Virus record (IMG/VR): IMGVR_UViG_3300045988_087402
DNA from: a virus
Length of the DNA stretch: 64,000 nucleotides
Direction: 5' to 3' (one strand)
Of the stretch, positions 1 to 8,987 are shown one piece after another. The notes below the pieces were generated by a model. The model did not search any database and was not told the origin of the DNA. It worked only from the letters and a program-made list of their open reading frames with translations. Both the position numbers and the translations under genes were made by a program. Within the stretch, counting starts at the first letter, position 1. The number at the start of each line of letters is the position of its first letter.

Positions 1-28
1 GAAAAGTAATGATGTTAGAACTGTAGAT

Positions 29-2317
29 ATGGTTGCTTATAATAAGCCTGACCAAAGAGTTAGTAATAATAAGAAACAAACTCCTGAATGGTATATTCCA
101 AATGCTAATTATTATATTCAATTAGCTTTGGAATTAAATGATAAATATACTACTCTTAAATTTCTTAATGCTGCTAATGGTAAAATTGATAAAAGTACAT
201 ACGATTATGTTCTTAGAAGTTATACTAAAGAATTAGGAGATAAAGGTGAACAATATGCAGATATAAGAAATATAGACTTTCTTACTCCTATTAAAGAAAG
301 ATATATGGGTGAATTTATTAATATGTTTTCTAATTATCAAGTTATTAATAATGACCCATCTATTGTTTTATCTCGTAATGAAGCTGTAGCTGATAAAGTT
401 ATGGCTTGGGTTAATCAAGAAGTTATTAATGAACTTAATGAAAAAGGTTTTCCTACAAATCAACCTTCTAAAACTCAATTTACTCTTGATGAAACTATAG
501 ATAAAGTCCTTGAAGAATGGAGTGATAATGTAGTTATAAATGGTCAGAAAAGATTAGAACTTATAAATTCTTTGATAAATGCTAAAGAAGTATATTTACA
601 AATGTACTATTATTGGTGGGCATGTCAAGAATGTTATAGTTATAGATATGTTAAAGATGGAGATATTTATGTAGAATGTATATCACCTCTTGAAGCCTTT
701 CCTGTTAATGCTGGTCATAGATATGATGAAGACGGAGAGGCTTTTGTTCGTATTTATGCTATGAGTATAGAAGATGTTATAACTCGATTTAGAGATAAGC
801 TAAAATCTTCTGAAATAGAATATTTGAAAAAATTATATAACTGTGGTAATAAATACGAAGCTACAAAAGGATTAGAATGGATACGAAATCTCGAAGATTT
901 TGGTGCAAGACAAAGTGAATTAAATACTAATTTGCAAGCTCTTTATCAAGTTAAAAGATATAGTAGAGAAATTGATGTAGCGCATTATCAATGGAAAACC
1001 GAAGTTAAACAGGGAGTTCTTACTTATGTAGATACTTTTGGAGATATTCAAGAAACACTTGTTGATGAAACTTATAAACTTAATAAAGAATTAGGTGATA
1101 TAGATATTAAATGGGAATGGACACTTCAAACTTGGGAAGGTTGGAGGATAGGTGGTATGCACGAAGGTGTATATATTAAACCAGAACCTATTATTGTTCA
1201 AAGAGAAGCATTTAATAATACAGCTTCTGTAAAATTAAGTTATAATGGTATTAGAGGTTTAATTAAAGAAGATATTAGAAATCCAATTCCATATCGTATT
1301 CAACCTTATATGGCTTTATATAGGATTTATACTCTTCAACAAGAAAGGGCGATAGCTAAGTTTAAAAGTTACTTACTATTGCCTGAATCTGTTATAGGAG
1401 ATAGTAGTGAAATGACAACTGAAGAACGATTTGCTTTAGGAGCTAAAGATTCTACATTTCCTATAGACGATGCTGATATGAATCCTACAGCTTTGCAGGC
1501 TTTTAGAGAAATAGCTAATTCTACAATAATACCTTATGTTAATGCCCTTGAGCAAATAAAAGCTAATATAAAAGCTGATGCTTATAATGAAGCTAATATG
1601 AATAATGCTCGAATGGGTGATACTAAGGATTATGCTGGTAAAGGTACTACTGAAATGAACTATGCTAATGCTGTAGCTGGTAGTGTTTGGTCTTTAGAAG
1701 TATTTAATCTATTTAGAGAAATAGATTATCAAGCAAATTTAGATTATTCAAAAGCTGCATGGATTGAAGGTAAACAAGGTGCTTATATAGACCCAAATAC
1801 TAATGAAGTTGTTGTTGTAGATTTAGATGGTACATCTGATTGGAATCATAATCTTGCTGTATTTATAAGAAATAATACAGAAGTTAATAATAAACTTCGT
1901 CAAATGCAAGATTTAGCTTTTAGTGCGGCTCAAAATGGAGATTTAGATATAGCTATTGATGCAATAAGTAGTAATAGTTTACGTCAAATAGCTAAAAGAA
2001 TTAAAGATGGTGTAGAAGCCCGAAGAGAATATGAAGAAAATCTTGCAAAGATTGAGCAAGAAGGTAGAGCTAATGTTGAGCAAATTATATCTGATAGAGA
2101 AGCTGCTAATAGAGAATTTGAATCTTATCAGAAACAAGCTGATAGAGATAATCAATTAGTTATCGAACAGATGAAGATTGAATCTAATGAACGAATATGG
2201 GATAAGCGACTTAAATTAGATTTGGATGGAAATGGTTATGTAAGTAAGGAAGAAGCAAGTGGTTATACAGATGCCGATATTAATATGATTAAAATGAAAA
2301 AGGAACTTAATGGGTAG
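29..2317 (+). CDS. putative portal protein (crAss-like)
   Basis: 762-aa ORF at the start of the structural block, followed by a scaffold-like acidic protein and a capsid-like protein. The size and position match crAss-like portal genes. No motif-level proof. Confidence 0.45.
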   Translation: MVAYNKPDQRVSNNKKQTPEWYIPNANYYIQLALELNDKYTTLKFLNAANGKIDKSTYDYVLRSYTKELGDKGEQYADIRNIDFLTPIKERYMGEFINMFSNYQVINNDPSIVLSRNEAVADKVMAWVNQEVINELNEKGFPTNQPSKTQFTLDETIDKVLEEWSDNVVINGQKRLELINSLINAKEVYLQMYYYWWACQECYSYRYVKDGDIYVECISPLEAFPVNAGHRYDEDGEAFVRIYAMSIEDVITRFRDKLKSSEIEYLKKLYNCGNKYEATKGLEWIRNLEDFGARQSELNTNLQALYQVKRYSREIDVAHYQWKTEVKQGVLTYVDTFGDIQETLVDETYKLNKELGDIDIKWEWTLQTWEGWRIGGMHEGVYIKPEPIIVQREAFNNTASVKLSYNGIRGLIKEDIRNPIPYRIQPYMALYRIYTLQQERAIAKFKSYLLLPESVIGDSSEMTTEERFALGAKDSTFPIDDADMNPTALQAFREIANSTIIPYVNALEQIKANIKADAYNEANMNNARMGDTKDYAGKGTTEMNYANAVAGSVWSLEVFNLFREIDYQANLDYSKAAWIEGKQGAYIDPNTNEVVVVDLDGTSDWNHNLAVFIRNNTEVNNKLRQMQDLAFSAAQNGDLDIAIDAISSNSLRQIAKRIKDGVEARREYEENLAKIEQEGRANVEQIISDREAANREFESYQKQADRDNQLVIEQMKIESNERIWDKRLKLDLDGNGYVSKEEASGYTDADINMIKMKKELNG

Positions 2318-2335
2318 ACTACATAATTTTCAATG

Positions 2336-2352
2336 CCGCTCTCCCAGCGGCC
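2336..2352 (+). terminator. short GC hairpin (gccgct-ctccc-agcggc) downstream of the portal ORF
   Basis: Perfect 6-bp GC stem with a 5-nt loop, 19 nt after the stop. Followed by aatggccttta x3, not a U-tract. Confidence 0.3.
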
Positions 2353-2356
2353 TGTA

Positions 2357-2386
2357 ATGGCCTTTAAATGGCCTTTAAATGGCCTA
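2357..2386 (+). repeat. tandem aatggccttta-like repeat, ~3 copies
   Basis: Read directly: taatggcctttaaatggcctttaaatggcct. Shares the aatggcc core with the GC-rich element family. Confidence 0.5.
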
Positions 2387-2421
2387 AATTTCGATTATTT
2401 TTCTTTTACCTTTGTAATATA
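2384..2421 (+). promoter_or_regulatory. putative Bacteroidetes-type promoter (aaatttcgattatttttc ... TAccTTTG)
   Basis: The 18-mer aaatttcgattatttttc is identical to a second copy at 45799. A -7-like TAnnTTTG box (tacctttg) lies about 20 nt downstream of the TTTC(G). Sits ~25 nt upstream of the ATG at 2447. Confidence 0.35.
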
Positions 2422-2446
2422 CATCTATAATAAATAATTCGATAAT

Positions 2447-3766
2447 ATGAGTATAGAAAGCGAAAATGGCGGGGTAAAAAAACCTATTATGCCTGTAAAG
2501 ATTGGAAAACCTGCTACTGTAAATGTAAAGGATTCTAATATTGAAAATGAATCTTCTAATGAAGAAAAAGATAAGAATGAAGATAATTCTTCTGTAACCG
2601 GAAATGATACTTCTGAAAGTAATGAATCTTCTAATGAAACAAATGAAGATAATAATACAAACGAAGTAGAAATTGATGGTGAAATATATAATTTAGATTC
2701 TGAGGGAAATGCTACTAAGGACGGAAATATTGTTTTTACTAAGGAGCAAATTTCGTCAATGAATGAAATAAATAGTGATGATTCTTTGGAAAGTGAAGTA
2801 TCCGAAAATGCTTCTGTAGAACTTATTTCTAATCTTAGTGGCATTGTTCCCTTAGATGATAATGGAGAACCTATATCTTATGAATGGTCTGCTGAAGGAT
2901 TAGCTAAACGAGAATCAGATATATATCAAATTGGTTTAGCTAATGGATTTAAAACTAATTTTGATAAGTTTTTAAAAGATAATCCTGATATTGCAGCTAT
3001 TATTGATTATAAATCTCGTTTTGGTACTATAGAAGGATATAATTCTTCACATGATTATATTAAGATGACAGTACCTGATGATGAAGATGCTAAATTTAGA
3101 TTAATATATGATGCTGAAATTCAGAGAGGTAATTCTCCTGAACGAGCTAAACGAATAGCTGAATTTGCTAAGACGAATAATACTCTTGATGAAGATGCTC
3201 AAATATCTTTAGAATTTCTTAAGAAGAATCAGGAAGCTGCTATTGAACAACGTCGTAAAGAAGTTGAAGATGCACAACGTGAATTATTTGCTAAAGAGTT
3301 AGCTTTTTACGGAGTCGATTATAGTAATGGAAAAGAAACTGTAATTGAAGATGCAAAAGGAAGTCTTTACGATTGTATAGTAAATAATGGTTCTTTAAAG
3401 AATTATACTATTCCTATTGAAGGTATAAATATAAAGACTGATAAAGGTATAAAGAAAATTTCTCGAAAAGAGCTTTTTGATTATATTTCCAAACCTGTTA
3501 AAGAAATTGATGGAAATTATTATACACAAGCTCAACTTGATGAACTTAAACAATTATCTAATCCAGAGGAATATGCTCTTCGTTGTATTATGAATCTTAA
3601 TGGTGGTATAGATTCTCTTATTGAACGTAAAGCTGTTGATAAAGAAATTAAACGTTTAAGAAGTCTTACTTCCACTAAAAATACTTCAAAAGCTCGTGCT
3701 TCTAAATTGGGAGAAACTAATGGAGAAAAAGTTAAACTTAATCTTCCTATAAAGACTCAAAAATAA
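2447..3766 (+). CDS. acidic Ser/Asn/Glu-rich protein, possible scaffolding/head-assembly protein
   Basis: 439 aa. The N-terminal ~140 aa are low-complexity and acidic (SNEE/NEDN). Positioned between the portal and capsid candidates. Confidence 0.3.
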   Translation: MSIESENGGVKKPIMPVKIGKPATVNVKDSNIENESSNEEKDKNEDNSSVTGNDTSESNESSNETNEDNNTNEVEIDGEIYNLDSEGNATKDGNIVFTKEQISSMNEINSDDSLESEVSENASVELISNLSGIVPLDDNGEPISYEWSAEGLAKRESDIYQIGLANGFKTNFDKFLKDNPDIAAIIDYKSRFGTIEGYNSSHDYIKMTVPDDEDAKFRLIYDAEIQRGNSPERAKRIAEFAKTNNTLDEDAQISLEFLKKNQEAAIEQRRKEVEDAQRELFAKELAFYGVDYSNGKETVIEDAKGSLYDCIVNNGSLKNYTIPIEGINIKTDKGIKKISRKELFDYISKPVKEIDGNYYTQAQLDELKQLSNPEEYALRCIMNLNGGIDSLIERKAVDKEIKRLRSLTSTKNTSKARASKLGETNGEKVKLNLPIKTQK

Positions 3767-3822
3767 TTATAAATGGACATCTTGCCAATAATAAACAAAT
3801 ACATTAATTAAATCATTTAACA

Positions 3823-5298
3823 ATGAGAGAACTTGGTGTTGTAAAATTTGATTCTAAAACATATTCTGATAGGAATATGATTTTGAACTTTAATCTTGCT
3901 ACTCCTGCTGAAATAGATATGAATCTTACATATCTTTGGGGACGAGATGAAGACCGATTCCCACTTCTTACTTTAACTGCTGGTCAAGGAGCTATTGATT
4001 CTAAAGTTAAAGTTAATGGTGGAGATACTCAGTACACTTGGCCTATTGCAACTCGTCTTCGTGTTACTTCAAGAGTTAAGAAACTTATTACTACCACAAA
4101 TACTCCGGGTATTAATTTTGGTACTATCGAAGTATTAATGGAAGATAATTGGTTTATTTATCAGCATACTGCTATTTCTCCGAGTGGTGTACAATTTCGT
4201 ATTCAGAATGAGGGTATAGCTTCTGAAATGGGTGGCTACATTTATCGTTTTACGAATATGAGTGGAAATGCTGAAAATTATGCTCCTACAAGTGATTTCA
4301 ATCCGGGTGCAGTTTGGGCTTTAGGTGCTCCTACTATTCCGGGTTCTAAATCTGACGGTAATAGGAGTAATAATCAAGCTCCTGCTAAAGCTATTAATCA
4401 GTATGGTTATTATCGTTTCTCTAAAGAGATTGCTGGTAATATGAGTAATCTTGTAGTGAATATTGAATTTCCTACTGAAGGTGGTGGTACGACAAATCTT
4501 TGGATGCCTTATGAGATGAAAGTTTGGGAAATTACTCGTAGGGAAATGCTTGAAGAAGATTTATGGTTTAGCGAATATAATAGGGATGTAAATGGTATTA
4601 TTCATCTTACTGATGAAAAGACTGGAGAAGCTATTCCTCGTGGAGCTGGAGTTCGTGATATTCTTAGGGCTGTAGGTAATTATGAAACTTATGGTCCAAT
4701 TCTTACTCTTTCTCGTCTGGATAGGATTATTCACCGTATCTTTGATAGTCGTATAGATACTATTGTTAAAGAGATTGTACTTTATTGTGGTAAAGGTTTC
4801 TCTTATATGTTTAACGATGCTATTTATCGAGATGCTCGTTTTAAAAACTATTTTGTAACTCTTGGTGCTAACGAAATTGAAAGTGCTGGTGGTTGGATGT
4901 CTTATGGTAAATATTTCAATAAATATAAACTTATAAATGGACAGACACTTACTATCAAAGTAGTTGATATATTTGATAATGGTATTCGTGCTCGTCGAGA
5001 TAGGGAAGCTGGTCGTACATATAATGGTCTTCCTTTAACTTCTTATACAGCTGTATTTATGGACCATAGTCTTGGTATGGATAATAAGTCAAATATACAG
5101 TTTGTATGTGAGGAAGGTCGTGAGTATAAAGCTGGTGTATATCTTGGTATGGCAGATGTTCCTGATTCTTGGCGTGCAGCTAAGACTAATCAGCTTTCTG
5201 ACCGACAGGATATAGCAAGTTATGAAGTTCTTGGTTCACAAGGTATAAATATTAAGAATCCTACTACTTCGTTCTGGTTGGATTTTGCGCTCGAATAA
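3823..5298 (+). CDS. putative major capsid protein (HK97-fold, crAss-like)
   Basis: 491 aa, typical crAss MCP size. Position after portal and scaffold. Immediately followed by a perfect 12-bp hairpin, as expected for a highly expressed capsid gene. Confidence 0.5.
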   Translation: MRELGVVKFDSKTYSDRNMILNFNLATPAEIDMNLTYLWGRDEDRFPLLTLTAGQGAIDSKVKVNGGDTQYTWPIATRLRVTSRVKKLITTTNTPGINFGTIEVLMEDNWFIYQHTAISPSGVQFRIQNEGIASEMGGYIYRFTNMSGNAENYAPTSDFNPGAVWALGAPTIPGSKSDGNRSNNQAPAKAINQYGYYRFSKEIAGNMSNLVVNIEFPTEGGGTTNLWMPYEMKVWEITRREMLEEDLWFSEYNRDVNGIIHLTDEKTGEAIPRGAGVRDILRAVGNYETYGPILTLSRLDRIIHRIFDSRIDTIVKEIVLYCGKGFSYMFNDAIYRDARFKNYFVTLGANEIESAGGWMSYGKYFNKYKLINGQTLTIKVVDIFDNGIRARRDREAGRTYNGLPLTSYTAVFMDHSLGMDNKSNIQFVCEEGREYKAGVYLGMADVPDSWRAAKTNQLSDRQDIASYEVLGSQGINIKNPTTSFWLDFALE

Positions 5299-5309
5299 TT
5301 GATGCTGAC

Positions 5310-5339
5310 GGGAGTAGGAATGAAGATATTCCTACTCCC
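5310..5339 (+). terminator. strong stem-loop (gggagtaggaat / attcctactccc, 12-bp perfect stem, 6-nt loop)
   Basis: Read directly, 12 nt after the MCP stop codon. AT-rich tail follows. Confidence 0.6.
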
Positions 5340-5381
5340 TAAATTAATATATAAAAGATTAGTAACTTAGATATTAATAAA

Positions 5382-6398
5382 ATGATTAGAGTAAATCGTA
5401 TCATTCGTATTGAATGGAAAAATAATCCTTCTGTTTTTGAATTAAAGAATAAAGAAGCTTTTGGTACTACTTCCTTACGTCTTGGAAGTTCTACTCGTGC
5501 TGTTCAACATTTACTTGCTCGTAGTGAAGAATTAAAAGTTATATTACCAACTGTTGTAGGAACTTCACCTAATGATTCTGATTGGCAAGATAAAGTAGGT
5601 ATGTATCTTAATGATTTTTTCATGGAGATACCTCGTGGTGGATTAACTATGGATTGTGGTTATACTTTTGATGTTTATGAAAGTCGTATCGCTAATGATT
5701 TAAAATCATATGAAGCAACTCTTCCTAAAGCAGCAGATGATAATAATCGAGAAAAATATATTTTAAATTGTATTCAAGGTAAGTTATATGATGGTAAATT
5801 TAAAGTTTCTGAAGAGAATCTTTATAGATATGTAACTTTTAATAATCCTGTTGAATATATAAATTGGAGAATGTGTCTTAATCACGGTAAGGTAGCTAAT
5901 AGTGTTGAAGATATAAGAAAGAGTACTAATATAGAATTTTATCTTACTTCGGAAGAACAGATTCTTGAAGCTAAACGTAATATTACGAAACTTAGGAATA
6001 ATGCTATTAAGTTTTATAATGATATAATATCGGATACAGATATTAGTACAATTAATCCTTATATTATATCTTCAGGACTTGTAAATAGTATTGATTATTA
6101 TAAGAGTTTGAATTTCGAGGATAAATGCTCTTTACTTCTTGATATGTGTAATAATAATCCAGAGGGATTTTTGAAGCTAAAAGAAGATAAAAATCTTAAT
6201 ACACGTTCTAAGATTATATTATACGTTTGGTATGGTATTCTAAAATATCTTCCTAATAGTACAACGATAGTTGACGCAGCTGATGTTGAAAAGACTATAG
6301 GAAATACTATGGAAGAAGCTATATCTTATTTCTCAAATGATTTACATAAAGCACATGTAGCTGAAATGTATAATCGTTATAAAAGTCTTAAAAATTAA
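5382..6398 (+). CDS. hypothetical structural protein
   Basis: 338-aa ORF in the head-gene block. No recognisable motif. Confidence 0.3.
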   Translation: MIRVNRIIRIEWKNNPSVFELKNKEAFGTTSLRLGSSTRAVQHLLARSEELKVILPTVVGTSPNDSDWQDKVGMYLNDFFMEIPRGGLTMDCGYTFDVYESRIANDLKSYEATLPKAADDNNREKYILNCIQGKLYDGKFKVSEENLYRYVTFNNPVEYINWRMCLNHGKVANSVEDIRKSTNIEFYLTSEEQILEAKRNITKLRNNAIKFYNDIISDTDISTINPYIISSGLVNSIDYYKSLNFEDKCSLLLDMCNNNPEGFLKLKEDKNLNTRSKIILYVWYGILKYLPNSTTIVDAADVEKTIGNTMEEAISYFSNDLHKAHVAEMYNRYKSLKN

Positions 6399-6403
6399 TT
6401 ATC

Positions 6404-7492
6404 ATGTATAATACGATAAAAGAACTTCATATAGAAATAGAACAACGTATTAGTGAAATTACCTCTAATCGTCATCGTTCTATTGCTCCGGAATGGATAG
6501 ATATGGTTCTTAATCGTTGTGCTATAAAATATATTGAATCTATTGTTAGTAGAAAAACTAATTATAAAAGAGAGGGATTTGAAGATACTATAAAGAGAGC
6601 TGATGATTTAAAATCTCTTAAACGAACTACTGGTTGGGAAGAGGTTGTAATAGATGATGAAAATCTTTATGGACATGTTCTTCTTCCGGGTGATTATCTT
6701 CATTTAATAAGTTCTGATTCTAAGGTTATATATTCAAAGAATATTAATGATTTTAAACATACTTCTAAAATAATTATTAGTGGTTGTATAGTAGATTTTT
6801 CTAAATTTGATTATTCAACAGCTTCAGATTGGACTAAAGGAGTTGTTACTGTAAATGTTGGTAGAGATTCTGAATATTCTTTTGACATTACAGATTTAAT
6901 ACCTCTTTTAGTTACTGATGAAGATAATGAAGCTGACTTATTTGAATTTATAACTCTGTTTATAGATAGACTTCGAGATTACAAAAATAATGTATATTGG
7001 GAATATTTTAACGAACGATATACTAATAAAGGAATTTATTGTTTTACTAACGACCAAAATCCTGAAATAAAAGTTGAATTTACTACTTCATCTGGAACAG
7101 ATAGTTTTGGTATAACTTGCGATACAAGTCTTTCTGTAGGAGGTGACAGATTTATGGTTGAAGATACAAATTATATTCGTGGTAATGATGTAATTCCTTC
7201 AGAAGATATTAGTACAACATTAACAAATTATTATCTAAATAAGAATAGACATTTAAATCCTATTACTGAATTACTTCCGGATAGATTAAATGTTTATTAT
7301 GGTAATAATCATATTGTAAAAGCAGTTAATATTAATTATATTAAGAAACCTAAACCTTTTAGTTCTTTTATAAATCAAATGAGTGATTTAACTATTACTC
7401 CCGGATTTATGGATTTAGTTGTTTCTGAAATGTTACTTATACTTAAAGATAATTCTTATAATGTAGTTAAACAACAATCTAATATTGAATAA
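6404..7492 (+). CDS. hypothetical structural protein
   Basis: 362-aa ORF, tightly packed after the previous gene. Confidence 0.3.
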   Translation: MYNTIKELHIEIEQRISEITSNRHRSIAPEWIDMVLNRCAIKYIESIVSRKTNYKREGFEDTIKRADDLKSLKRTTGWEEVVIDDENLYGHVLLPGDYLHLISSDSKVIYSKNINDFKHTSKIIISGCIVDFSKFDYSTASDWTKGVVTVNVGRDSEYSFDITDLIPLLVTDEDNEADLFEFITLFIDRLRDYKNNVYWEYFNERYTNKGIYCFTNDQNPEIKVEFTTSSGTDSFGITCDTSLSVGGDRFMVEDTNYIRGNDVIPSEDISTTLTNYYLNKNRHLNPITELLPDRLNVYYGNNHIVKAVNINYIKKPKPFSSFINQMSDLTITPGFMDLVVSEMLLILKDNSYNVVKQQSNIE

Positions 7493-7495
7493 AAT

Positions 7496-8389
7496 ATGAA
7501 TAGTGTTATTGCTGGTTCGAGCTTTGTTACTTCTGGAGAAGTTAACAGTTTAGCTAAAGGTGCTATTGCATTAAGACGTTCTGACGGTAAGTTAGTAACA
7601 GCTGCCGCGGATGTTACAAAAGGACACATGTATCAGTTTGTAGTTGGTCTTGGAAATGGTAATATAAAAGAGGGTGTTTGGTTGAATCCTATTCGTTCTA
7701 CTTTACATAAGGCAGCTTATAAAGCTCCAGCTGCTAAAACTATTACTTTTTCTGATGTAGCTATTACAATAGGTGACGCTTATGCGGGATGTGAAATTGC
7801 TATTGTAATTACTACTATTCCTAAGAATAGTTTTATGGCTGATAAATCTTTAGTTTCTACTGCTATAATTAGTCTTGCTCCGGGTGAAACTGAAGTTCAA
7901 GCTAAAGCTCGTATTAAAACTGAATTAGATAAATTGATATCTCGTTTAAATAATATTTACGGAGATGGTTCTTTAACAGCTACTCCAGCTGATGGTACAA
8001 CTATTGATGATTCTCTTGTTATTACTGGTAAAGCCGGATTTTGGTTTGAAGTTGGATTAGAAGGTCTTATAAGTGGTACCAAAACGGATAATGGTGTTGA
8101 TATAATTGGTAATGGTACTTCTGCTTTTGTAGCAGCTTTAGAGAAGAATGAAGATGTTGCTAAAGTTGGATATAATCCTAACTTTATACAGGCTTATACT
8201 CCTTATGGAGATATATTTACAACAGATATGTCAAAAACTTATAATACTTATGTTATTCATAGTCGTTCTGAACGAAATCATGTTTTTGATATAAATACTC
8301 TCGGTATGGAAGTTGTACAGTATATAGCTTTTGATAGTACAGGAACTGCTACAACTTTAGAAGCTGTATTAGCCGCTTTGATAGTTTAG
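7496..8389 (+). CDS. hypothetical structural protein (Ala/Gly/Thr-rich, possibly capsid decoration)
   Basis: 297 aa, compositionally beta-rich, in the head block. Confidence 0.3.
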   Translation: MNSVIAGSSFVTSGEVNSLAKGAIALRRSDGKLVTAAADVTKGHMYQFVVGLGNGNIKEGVWLNPIRSTLHKAAYKAPAAKTITFSDVAITIGDAYAGCEIAIVITTIPKNSFMADKSLVSTAIISLAPGETEVQAKARIKTELDKLISRLNNIYGDGSLTATPADGTTIDDSLVITGKAGFWFEVGLEGLISGTKTDNGVDIIGNGTSAFVAALEKNEDVAKVGYNPNFIQAYTPYGDIFTTDMSKTYNTYVIHSRSERNHVFDINTLGMEVVQYIAFDSTGTATTLEAVLAALIV

Positions 8390-8534
8390 CAGAACCTGTT
8401 GTAAGTGGAGATTAATATTGTATTTCATATACGATGTTTACATAAATAATAAATATTGTATTTACTATGATAGGTCGTTGTATTATAATTTATTATAGTA
8501 TAACGGCCTATTTTTAATATATTAAATATGTATT

Positions 8535-8975
8535 ATGCAATTTGGAAATAGAAATATAATTAACGCAAGAGATATCTCGTATGATGATGCTGTAATTAAA
8601 TTATCAGAAGGGCAGTCTAATGCTAAATTACAACCTTTATTAGAAGCTATAGTTTCTGTATTATTTGAACTTCAAAATCGTGTTAAAACACTTGAAGATA
8701 AAGTTTCTTCTATAGAAAAAAATATTGAAAGATTAAGAGCTGATATTGGTAGTCTGGATGCTCGTATTGCTGGTCAAGAAAGTACTATTAATATTATAAA
8801 TGAAAACCTAAATAGAATTAATAGTGATATAACATCTTTAGAAACAAAAACCACAAGTTTACAAAGTTTTATAGAAACTAATACAAATGATATAGCTACT
8901 ATAAATAATGAAATTGATGATTTACAAGGTAGAGTTACTATTTTAGAAGGTGGTACATCAGGTGGAGCTAATTAA
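8535..8975 (+). CDS. coiled-coil protein (fibre/whisker-like)
   Basis: 146 aa with clear heptad-like periodicity (LEDKVSSIEKNIERLRADIGSLDARIAGQESTINIINENLNRINSDITSLETK...). Confidence 0.4.
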   Translation: MQFGNRNIINARDISYDDAVIKLSEGQSNAKLQPLLEAIVSVLFELQNRVKTLEDKVSSIEKNIERLRADIGSLDARIAGQESTINIINENLNRINSDITSLETKTTSLQSFIETNTNDIATINNEIDDLQGRVTILEGGTSGGAN

Positions 8976-8987
8976 TATATTAAAACT

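Noticed and set aside
2425-2844. Antisense ORFs embedded in longer genes: 2425-2844 here, plus 10605-10808, 11367-11876, 11563-11799, 13613-13936, 22350-22544, 22649-22891, 24790-24987, 29987-30253, 31125-31316, 35438-35629, 36537-36749, 42599-42805, 45581-45763, 47357-47626, 49037-49258, 52504-52722, 55911-56381, 56905-57213, 57077-57283, 57280-57651, 58830-59069, 59308-59514
   Set aside because: All lie inside or antisense to much longer, compositionally coherent ORFs. Their translations are low-complexity (Ile/Phe/Asn/Tyr-rich), as expected from random frames in ~28% GC DNA.
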